A DNA stretch of 64,000 bases, from NCBI GenBank assembly GCA_045628045.1, contig JAZQOV010000011.1, forward strand, positions 1 through 64,000. Direction: 5' to 3'. A model generated the notes under the pieces. It searched no databases, was not told the DNA's origin, and worked only from the letters and a program-made list of their open reading frames with translations. This DNA is from Bacilli bacterium. GTDB taxonomy: Bacteria > Bacillota_I > Bacilli_A > RFN20 > CAG-826. Positions 9,753 to 18,078 of the stretch are shown piece after piece. Numbering within the stretch: position 1 is the first letter of the stretch; every line of letters begins with the position of its first letter. The position numbers were made by a program, and so were the translations under genes.

Positions 9753-12700
9753 ATGAAAACTAAATTTTCGAAAATCATTCTAGCAAGCGCATGCGCATTT
9801 TCAGTAAGTGCATGTAATCAACAAACTCCAAAACTAACTATTAGTGTGGAGAACAACATTTCAAGTATCCAAAGAGCTCAAGAAATTCAAATTTCTGCAG
9901 CTATGGAACATCTTAGCGGCGATGTAGTTTATACCGTTGCTACAGATAAGGATACAGAAGAAGTAAAATACGCAACAGTTAGCGCAACTGGACTCTTAAA
10001 ATGTTCAGAAGAGGCACCTGTTGGCGCAATTATCACAGTTGAAGGAAGCGTAAATGGAACAATCTCTAACCCACTTACCTTTACCGTTCAACATACTTAT
10101 GCTGAATCAATTGAAATTGTTGCAACAGGCAGTGATGGAAAAGCTAAAGAAAACTTTGCTACATCTTTAGATGAAATTACTTTAACAACTTTATTTACAC
10201 CTGCATACGCAACAGTTAAATCAGTTAGATATTCAATTGTTGATGGTGATGAATTTGCTGTTGTCAGTGAACAAGGAGTTGTAAGCCTTAAACCAGGCAT
10301 CGACTTTGAAGACACTGCTAAAAACAAAATTGTTGAAGTTAAATCAACAGTTGTCAATCCAGATTCAACCGCTAAAGAAGTAAGTGCCACAAAGTCACTT
10401 ATTATTAACGGTATTCTTCCAGATAGAATTGAATTATCTGCAAAAATTGGTGAAGAACCAGCAGTCTCAATTAAGAGAAAAGATGAAGTTGTTTTAACAC
10501 GTGCTTTCTCATGCGAAAGTGGTGAAGAACCAACAATCAAAACAACATCATATGAATTTGAATCAGGTAGAGATATCTGCACAATTTCAAAAGATGTTCT
10601 TAAGTTAAAATCCATGGATTTATCCGCATATTATGGCTCAAAAATTAAATTTAGAGCAGTTTTAAATGCTGATGAATCAATTGCTTCAAACTGGGTAGAA
10701 TTAACAGTTGAAGAACTTACCGCATATCTTGATATTAAATGTGCAAAAGCAATGGAAGTTACCGAAACAGTTGCTATTCAAGTTGATTGCCAAGATGGTG
10801 CATCAAATGAATTCACAATTGGAATTGTCTCAGGTAAAGGCGATGACATTGCTGAAATTATTACAAACGAAACAAGCTCAGGAAAAACATACACTCTTGC
10901 TATTAAACATGGTCAAGAAGAGAACGCTGTTAATAGAGCTATCACAATTACAGCTACATCAGTTAACGATCCAGAAATTAATGACACTGTAGTTATCAAC
11001 GTTATTCCAGCAGTTGAACTTCAAGTTAACACAATGAACTTCATTGATGAATATTCATCAAATAACCATATTTCATTCTCAGTTCTTGAACATGGTGCTG
11101 AAATTCCAAGTGAACGAATTGATACCTCAAAAGTTAAATATGAATCATTAAATGCTGAAATTTTCACAGTTGATGCAACCGGTAAAGTTACAGCAGTTAA
11201 TCATGGTAAAGGTTCAGTAAAAGTTACCTATGGTGAAGTTGTTGGCTATGGCGATGTTAACATTATGGTCGCACCAACATCAGTCAATATTAACCTTGGT
11301 TTAACAAAAACATTCCAAGCAAACCACAGATATTCTTACTCTAAGAATGAAACATTAAAAATTGGTGTTTCTGCAACAAACATCTCTGGTAAGAAAACAA
11401 CCGAATCATTCAAATACAGATTTGATAGATTAGTTGATGGTGCAATCGTTGAAACTGGTAACTCAGTTGCAGAAATTGATGCATCACAAAACATTACATT
11501 CAAACAAACAGGCGAAATTAAGCTAACCGTTACATCAATCTCATCACTCAATGGTGAAAATACAACCGCTGTTGAAAAGTCAGATTACATGATCTTTGAA
11601 ATTAATGAAGGTGTTAACGTTAGAACTCAAGAAGACCTCGCAAAACTAAATAAGGGTAAAAATCTCACAATTAACTTTGTTAACGATATTTACATGACTG
11701 GCGATGGCTTCGGCTTAACAACTAACGCCGTCTATAGAGGCCTTATCTTCTATGGCTCAACAAAGATGAACGGAAATGGCTTCAAAATCTCTTCTGAAAA
11801 ACTTAAATTCCATACAGAAGCAGAAGATGGACAAAATAGTAATATGTTTACATTCCAACCAGAAGGATACGTTGATAATGGTGAAAACTCTAGAATTGAA
11901 GAAAATAGAGCTTGGGAAGTTATCGTTAAAGACCTTGAAGTCGTTGGTATGATGGGCGTTAATGGCGATTACACCGGTACAGAAGCATCTTCTAAAGGAC
12001 TTAGCGTTGTCAATAAAGACGGAACTCCAAAATGTGTATTCGAAAAAGGTTTCCATGTCGGTTATGGTGGATATCAAAACTACGCAGGATTAAGAGTCGC
12101 ATCTTCATGTCTTGAAAGATTAGTCCTTGAAAATTGTAATATTCACAACTTCCGTTTCGGCGTTAGAGTTGAACACGCAATTTATGCATTAGTTAAGGAC
12201 ACATACGTTGGAGCATGTTACGAATCCGGTATTATTTTCTCACAATGCTTTGCAACTCTTGAAAACCCATGGTTTGGTCAAGTCGGTACATTCGCTATTG
12301 AAATGGCACCAGACTGCATGAGAGATAAAGCATCTCAAAATCCAACTGGCTGTGCTGGTAAGGATTACAATCAAACTGCAACCCTTTACCTCAATGGTGA
12401 TATTGTTCGTGATGGTGTTTCAAGCATTCAAAACTTCAACAATGGTGCTTCTACTCCAGGCATGAAGGGATTCACCTTAGGTGAATATACAATGCCAATG
12501 GTTATCGCAATGTTAACTCAAGGCATCATTCAAGCTATTGTTGGACAAACTGGTGGTGGACAAGCTCTTGCGGATCAATTATTCGGAGCTGTTTCAAGAT
12601 GCTTATATAAGAATGGTGATGCTTCAGCATCAGAAATTAACTTATTCTTATTAATCTTCGTTAATCCAACACAATTTAACAGCTACTACAAAGGCAACCA

Positions 12701-12908
12701 AGAAGGTAAGTTTGGTCAATTTAAAACAAATAACACCGAACAAAACATGATTACCTTAATGGATTTGTTAGCTGGTATTGCAGCACAAAGTATTAATCCA
12801 GCAGATTATCAATACATTAGAGTTGACCTTGATGTTTCAAGTGTTGTCGGCACTGATATTGGTGACGCAATTGTCATTAACCAAGCTTATAAAGGCTTAG
12901 CAAAATAA
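9753..12908 (+). CDS. Large lipoprotein with Ig-like (Big_2) repeats and a C-terminal beta-helix-like domain
   Basis: Lipobox VSAC; YESLNAEIFTVDATGKVTAV repeat; MNGNGFKIS and LENCNIHNFRFG beta-helix-like stretches; GGAGG SD. Confidence 0.7.
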   Translation: MKTKFSKIILASACAFSVSACNQQTPKLTISVENNISSIQRAQEIQISAAMEHLSGDVVYTVATDKDTEEVKYATVSATGLLKCSEEAPVGAIITVEGSVNGTISNPLTFTVQHTYAESIEIVATGSDGKAKENFATSLDEITLTTLFTPAYATVKSVRYSIVDGDEFAVVSEQGVVSLKPGIDFEDTAKNKIVEVKSTVVNPDSTAKEVSATKSLIINGILPDRIELSAKIGEEPAVSIKRKDEVVLTRAFSCESGEEPTIKTTSYEFESGRDICTISKDVLKLKSMDLSAYYGSKIKFRAVLNADESIASNWVELTVEELTAYLDIKCAKAMEVTETVAIQVDCQDGASNEFTIGIVSGKGDDIAEIITNETSSGKTYTLAIKHGQEENAVNRAITITATSVNDPEINDTVVINVIPAVELQVNTMNFIDEYSSNNHISFSVLEHGAEIPSERIDTSKVKYESLNAEIFTVDATGKVTAVNHGKGSVKVTYGEVVGYGDVNIMVAPTSVNINLGLTKTFQANHRYSYSKNETLKIGVSATNISGKKTTESFKYRFDRLVDGAIVETGNSVAEIDASQNITFKQTGEIKLTVTSISSLNGENTTAVEKSDYMIFEINEGVNVRTQEDLAKLNKGKNLTINFVNDIYMTGDGFGLTTNAVYRGLIFYGSTKMNGNGFKISSEKLKFHTEAEDGQNSNMFTFQPEGYVDNGENSRIEENRAWEVIVKDLEVVGMMGVNGDYTGTEASSKGLSVVNKDGTPKCVFEKGFHVGYGGYQNYAGLRVASSCLERLVLENCNIHNFRFGVRVEHAIYALVKDTYVGACYESGIIFSQCFATLENPWFGQVGTFAIEMAPDCMRDKASQNPTGCAGKDYNQTATLYLNGDIVRDGVSSIQNFNNGASTPGMKGFTLGEYTMPMVIAMLTQGIIQAIVGQTGGGQALADQLFGAVSRCLYKNGDASASEINLFLLIFVNPTQFNSYYKGNQEGKFGQFKTNNTEQNMITLMDLLAGIAAQSINPADYQYIRVDLDVSSVVGTDIGDAIVINQAYKGLAK

Positions 12909-12926
12909 ACTTTGTTTATTAAGATT

Positions 12927-12957
12927 AAAGGTTCGGAGCAAAATCTGAACCTTTTTT
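12927..12957 (+). terminator. Intrinsic terminator
   Basis: aaaggttcgga-gcaaaa-tctgaacc followed by a T-run. Confidence 0.85.
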
Positions 12958-13016
12958 CGTAAAATTTTACGAAAAAAATTGATTAAATTTAGAATATTAT
13001 ATATATTTATATACGT

Positions 13017-15365
13017 ATGATTATCGCGAGAAATTTAGTAAAGAAATTTAAATCTCCAGATAAGAACGAGGAAATCGTTGCTTTAGACCACCTTAGTCTT
13101 ACACTTCCAGACAAAGGTTTAATCGCTATTGTTGGCGCATCAGGATGTGGTAAATCCACTCTTTTACACGTACTTGGTGGCCTTGAAAAAGCGGATTCAG
13201 GATCTTTTGTTGTAGATGGAAGAGACTCTAAATCATTCTCTGGCACAGAATGGGATTCATACAGAAACCAAATGGTTGGGTTTATTTTCCAAAATTACTA
13301 TCTTCTTCCACATCTTACTGTTTTTGAAAACGTTGCAATAACACTTGAATTGTCCAGAAACACGAAAGACATGAAGGAAAAAGTTATGGCTGCATTAGAA
13401 AGAGTTGGCCTTACTAAGTACGCAAAACGCTTACCAAGACAGCTTTCGGGCGGTCAACAACAACGCGTTGCCGTTGCTAGGGCACTTGTTTCAAACCCAT
13501 CTATTATTCTTGCAGATGAACCTACTGGCGCTTTGGATGCTAAATCATCTATTGCGGTTATGGATAACTTAAAAGATATTTCCACAGATCATCTTGTTGT
13601 TATGGTTACTCATAACGAACGTCTCGCTAATGAATATGCAGATAGAATTATTGAGATTTCCTATGGAAAAATTTTTAAAGACCTTACTTTAAAGACAAAA
13701 GATCAGAAAAAAGAGAATATAGAACCTCTTCGTAGAATTCACACTCCGTTCCTTACCTCAATTAAGTGGGGAACAAGAAATGTTATTAAGAAAAAAGGAC
13801 GTTCAATTCCTATTGCTGTTGCAACCGGTATTGGTTTAGCAGCTTGTGGTGTTGTCATTTCGATGACCCAAAGCGTTAATAAATATGTTCAAGAATCTCA
13901 GGATGCTGCTTTAAGCTCTTCTCCAATTTATATTCATTGTGTTGCGAATAACACAGTTGATTATTATCAGAAATCATTAACTATTTACCCAGATTCAACA
14001 GATGTCATAATCGAAAGATCTGGTGTTCAAAATCAATTCTTCCCAATCTTTGATAGCGAATTTAATGACTATGTTGATAAGCTTGTTCCTGGTGTTGATT
14101 ATGGTTATCTAAGAAAGTATGGTGCATACAAATTTAACCTCTATACTGAGAAAAATCCTGGGGAAATCATGAGGATTTCAGACTCAAATGCTTATACTGC
14201 TCCACTTTCTTTGGATCACGATACACTAGACTTTGTAGCAAATGATTACACAGTTTTAGCAGGTCACATGCCAGAAAACGAAAATGAAGTTGCATTGCTT
14301 GTAGATGAATATAACTGTATTTCCGAAAAGAAATTAAAAAATCTTGGATTCTCATTTACATCAGAAACCGATGTTATTAAATGGGATGATATTGTTAACA
14401 AAGAATATCGATGTGTTGATAACGATGATGTCTATTATGAAGCTACAAGAACTGTCGCTGATGATCCTGAACCACGAACAGTTTTCTATAGAAAATCAAA
14501 TGTAGATGCATATAATTCATCATCTATTAATTTAAAAATCACCGCAATTCTAAGAGCAAATAAAGAACTCGATGATACTCTTTTTGATGGAACATTACTT
14601 TTCCATCCAGATTTTTATAATAATCACGTAAGATTAAACGAAGAATCCGCTATAGTTAAAGCTCAAAAAGAGCATCCAAATTACAGCATTTTAGACGGGC
14701 ACACATTTGTTGATGATGTCTCTGGCACAAAGAGATACTATTATGAAGCAACCTTAGTTGAAATTGGTGGACTTAATGTTGCTTATTCGTATTTAATCTA
14801 TACAGATTATTATGAGCAAAGAGCTCAAATTATGAATTATTTTAATGCATACAACAACACCAATCCTGATTACATAATCAAGGTTAAGGATTCACTTGGG
14901 AATCTTAGTAACTCTTTCGCTAGTATCACAAAAACTTACTCAACTGTTGTTTTAGTGTTTGCAATCATTGCAATAATTATTGCAGGATTCTTAACTGCAA
15001 TCTTGACCTATATATCTGTTGTTGAAAGAACAAGAGAAATAGGCCTACTTAGATCACTCGGAAGTAGGTGCATAGATATATTTAACCTATTCTTGGTGGA
15101 AGCGTGTATTGTTGGCGTAATTGGAGGCGTTTTAAGCGTAGCTTTGTCTTATGCTTTATCGCCAGTAGCTTCGGGCGCTGTTATTAACCTTATTGAAGTT
15201 GCTGAAACTAACTTCCCACTTCCAACTCTTAAAGAATTCGCGTATGTTCCTGGTTGGATTGCTCCATTCTTAATAGGTCTTTCATTAATTGTTGCTATTA
15301 TTTCATCTCTTGCACCTGCAATCATTGCAAGCCGCAAGAGACCTGCACAAGCATTAAAAGAATAA
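13017..15365 (+). CDS. MacB-like ABC transporter, fused ATPase plus FtsX permease
   Basis: GASGCGKS, LSGGQQQR, ILADEPTG; C-terminal ERTREIGLLRSLG FtsX motif. Confidence 0.9.
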   Translation: MIIARNLVKKFKSPDKNEEIVALDHLSLTLPDKGLIAIVGASGCGKSTLLHVLGGLEKADSGSFVVDGRDSKSFSGTEWDSYRNQMVGFIFQNYYLLPHLTVFENVAITLELSRNTKDMKEKVMAALERVGLTKYAKRLPRQLSGGQQQRVAVARALVSNPSIILADEPTGALDAKSSIAVMDNLKDISTDHLVVMVTHNERLANEYADRIIEISYGKIFKDLTLKTKDQKKENIEPLRRIHTPFLTSIKWGTRNVIKKKGRSIPIAVATGIGLAACGVVISMTQSVNKYVQESQDAALSSSPIYIHCVANNTVDYYQKSLTIYPDSTDVIIERSGVQNQFFPIFDSEFNDYVDKLVPGVDYGYLRKYGAYKFNLYTEKNPGEIMRISDSNAYTAPLSLDHDTLDFVANDYTVLAGHMPENENEVALLVDEYNCISEKKLKNLGFSFTSETDVIKWDDIVNKEYRCVDNDDVYYEATRTVADDPEPRTVFYRKSNVDAYNSSSINLKITAILRANKELDDTLFDGTLLFHPDFYNNHVRLNEESAIVKAQKEHPNYSILDGHTFVDDVSGTKRYYYEATLVEIGGLNVAYSYLIYTDYYEQRAQIMNYFNAYNNTNPDYIIKVKDSLGNLSNSFASITKTYSTVVLVFAIIAIIIAGFLTAILTYISVVERTREIGLLRSLGSRCIDIFNLFLVEACIVGVIGGVLSVALSYALSPVASGAVINLIEVAETNFPLPTLKEFAYVPGWIAPFLIGLSLIVAIISSLAPAIIASRKRPAQALKE

Positions 15366-15366
15366 A

Positions 15367-16713
15367 ATGAAATTTGATCATGTTACTGGAAAGTGCGTTG
15401 ATCTTTCCTTTGAAGGGAAAGGCGTTGTAAAGCTTTCGTATGGAACAGTTTTTGTTGATGGCTTATTCCCTGGTGAAGAAGCTGAAATAGAAATTGAATA
15501 TAAACGTGCTGGTAATTATTTTGGAAAAGTTTATAGATTAATCACAAAATCTCCAGATAGAATTCAACCAAAATGTGGTGTTTGTACTGCGTGTGGTGGA
15601 TGTCAACTTCAACAACTTTCTTACAATGCTCAACTTGCTTATAAAACTAAAAAAGTAGCAGATGCTTTTAGACGTAATAAAATAGAAAATATTGAGGTTT
15701 TTCCGTGTATTTCAATGGAAAATCCCTATGAATATCGTAATAAAATACAAGTTCCAATTGGTAGAGATCCTCATGGCCATATCGTCTCCGGATTTTATAG
15801 AAGTGGCACTCACAAAATCATTCCGGTGGACAAATGTTGGATCGAATCAAAGGAAGCACCAAAGATAATTTCTGAAATCAAGAACTTGATGAAGGAATTT
15901 CATTATGCTCCATATGATGAAGACACAAGAACAGGTCTTATTCGACATGTCTTAATTAGAACTTCACTTCACTATAAAGAAATCATGGTTACTCTTGTTA
16001 CTAATAAAGATGAATTCAAAGGAAAGAATAATTTCGTTAAAGCTTTAGTGAAACGTTGTCCTCAAATTACAAGCATTGTTCAAAACATTAATACGAGAGA
16101 CACAAATGTAATTCTTGGAGAAAAAGAAAGAGTCCTTTTTGGCCCTTCTGTAATTAAGGATTCAATACTTGGCGTTGACTTCTTAATTTCATCAAAATCA
16201 TTCTTCCAAGTAAACCCTGTTCAAGTTGAAAATCTATACAAATTCGCCATTAATTTCGCAAATTTAAGCAAAGAAGAGAACATTTTTGATGCTTATTGTG
16301 GAATTGGAACAATCTCGTTATGCGCATCAAAATATGTTAATAAAGTTGTTGGCGCAGAGATAGTTAAAGAAGCAATTATTGACGCTAAAAAGAACGCTAA
16401 ATTAAATAATATTAATAATGCAACTTTTGTATGCGGAGACGCTGGTGAAGTTTTAGAAACTTTAATTAATAATGGAGAAAAATTCTCGACAGTTTTTGTG
16501 GACCCTCCTCGTAAAGGATTAGATGAAAAATTTATTAAGCATCTTCTTGAGCTTGCTCCATCGAAAATCATTTATGTTTCATGTGATCCGGAAACTTTAG
16601 CAAGAGATGTAAAAATCCTTGCTGAAAAATACGAGATACAACAAGTTCAACCTGTCGACATGTTTCCGATGACATTCCACGTTGAGACTGTTGTTTGTTT
16701 ATGTCTAAAATAA
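15367..16713 (+). CDS. rlmD: 23S rRNA (uracil-5)-methyltransferase RlmD/RumA
   Basis: TRAM domain, CxxxxxCGGC Fe-S motif, SFFQVN, DAYCGIG, VDPPRKG, YVSCDP, DMFPxTxHVE. Confidence 0.95.
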   Translation: MKFDHVTGKCVDLSFEGKGVVKLSYGTVFVDGLFPGEEAEIEIEYKRAGNYFGKVYRLITKSPDRIQPKCGVCTACGGCQLQQLSYNAQLAYKTKKVADAFRRNKIENIEVFPCISMENPYEYRNKIQVPIGRDPHGHIVSGFYRSGTHKIIPVDKCWIESKEAPKIISEIKNLMKEFHYAPYDEDTRTGLIRHVLIRTSLHYKEIMVTLVTNKDEFKGKNNFVKALVKRCPQITSIVQNINTRDTNVILGEKERVLFGPSVIKDSILGVDFLISSKSFFQVNPVQVENLYKFAINFANLSKEENIFDAYCGIGTISLCASKYVNKVVGAEIVKEAIIDAKKNAKLNNINNATFVCGDAGEVLETLINNGEKFSTVFVDPPRKGLDEKFIKHLLELAPSKIIYVSCDPETLARDVKILAEKYEIQQVQPVDMFPMTFHVETVVCLCLK

Positions 16714-16737
16714 CGATGCATTCTCGATGTGTTTTTC

Positions 16738-17622
16738 TTAATTTAATATTGATATATATTTATTCAATCTTTCCAATAAATATTTAGATATAAGTTTTTT
16801 CATTGGCTCAAGATTGTGCTTTAAATGAAATGCATCAAAAGCATCATAATAAGCACGTCTGTCGCTATATTTAATATCAATAGGTGGGAATCCTTGTTTC
16901 ATTAATTCTAGATTTAATAAGAGCCTTCCAGTTCTTCCGTTTCCATCAATAAAAGGGTGAATTGCTTCAAATTCAATATGGAATCTTGCTAATTTTGTAA
17001 CAATATCTTCATTAGATGTATTGTAGTTACAAATTAATTCATTCATTTTTGGTTCAATAGCATACGGTTGAACAGGTGTATGCTTTGAGCCCATTATTCT
17101 GACAGGGACCCTTCTGTAAACCCCTTTGTCTTGAGGTTGATCAGATAAAACCAAGGCATGTATTTGTTTAATTATACTTTCACCAATTTCAGTGTTTTCT
17201 TTCACTAAGTCGCATATAAAATCAAACGCTTCTTTGTGGCCAACAACTTCGAGATGATCTTTTAATGGTTTTTTGTCAATGGTAAGACCTCTTAGAACCA
17301 TATCCGTTTCTCTTAGTGTTAATGTATTACCTTCGATGGCGTTGCTGTTATATGTGAACTCTACAACGAATTCCTCATTTAATCTTTTAATTTCGCCAGG
17401 CGTTAATGGCCTTTTAGAATCTAATATATTTTTAAGTTCTAAAATTTTGGATAAATAGTTTTCGTTGTTTTTGATTCTGCCATCAATTGGTTTTACGGCA
17501 TCATCTGGTATAAACCACGTTTTTCCATACAATTCTGCTCCATCAATTTTGCCTTCTGCACAAAGAATGCGAATCCTTCTGTCAGATATATTCCATTTTA
17601 GACTAGCTTCTTTAGTATTCAT
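16738..17622 (-). CDS. Fic-family AMPylase with N-terminal excisionase/MerR-like HTH
   Basis: HPFIDGNGRTGR Fic motif; inhibitory SNAIEGN; N-terminal NTKEASLKWNISDRRIRILCAEGKI..GKTWFIP HTH; GGAGG SD. Confidence 0.9.
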   Translation of the reverse strand: MNTKEASLKWNISDRRIRILCAEGKIDGAELYGKTWFIPDDAVKPIDGRIKNNENYLSKILELKNILDSKRPLTPGEIKRLNEEFVVEFTYNSNAIEGNTLTLRETDMVLRGLTIDKKPLKDHLEVVGHKEAFDFICDLVKENTEIGESIIKQIHALVLSDQPQDKGVYRRVPVRIMGSKHTPVQPYAIEPKMNELICNYNTSNEDIVTKLARFHIEFEAIHPFIDGNGRTGRLLLNLELMKQGFPPIDIKYSDRRAYYDAFDAFHLKHNLEPMKKLISKYLLERLNKYISILN

Positions 17623-17641
17623 TATCGATTGCCTCCGACTT

Positions 17642-17698
17642 TATCGGAATAATAATAACACATATCGGAATAATAATAAAGCAATATCGGAATAATAT
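17642..17698. promoter_or_regulatory. Three direct repeats TATCGGAA(A)TAATA upstream of the HTH-Fic gene; likely autoregulatory operator
   Basis: Copies at ~17642, ~17663 and ~17685, about 21-22 bp apart (two helical turns). Confidence 0.6.
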
Positions 17699-17970
17699 TA
17701 AAAATGTGTTTTTGTTTCACGATTATAACGATTTGGGATACGTACCTAATTTGTTACACCAAAAGTGTAACCGCGTGTATCGGTGACTAGTAGTAACACG
17801 TGATTACAAGTGACATGTTTGTTAACATCGAGGTAGGGTTGCAAAAATGTATGTAACACGGTAATAAAATGGTAATGGTTTTCCTATTGTTTTTGACAAA
17901 AATTTAGTTTCAGTATAATACAGTTATATGACAGCCACGTATAGGCAAAACACTAATCATACGTCTTGTT

Positions 17971-18018
17971 ACGGTACATGTGGAGACTGTCGTTTCGTTA
18001 ATTTTTAAGCAAAAATAG
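17971..18018 (+). repeat. Second, diverged copy of the rlmD 3' end (att-like scar)
   Basis: acg gta cat gtg gag act gtc gtt tcg tta = TVHVETVVSLIFKQK* versus rlmD tail TFHVETVVCLCLK* (16672-16713). Confidence 0.75.
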
Positions 18019-18078
18019 CAAATTGTTGTTGCTCCCTGCAATTTGACTTTTATATATTGTTTCTTTACAATTCATATT

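Noticed and set aside
17893-18008. TTGACA/TATAAT promoter with a 26 aa Cys-rich peptide (MTATYRQ..CYGTCGDCRF)
   Set aside because: The spacer is only 15 nt, and the Cys pattern is an alternate-frame reading of the rlmD tail copy
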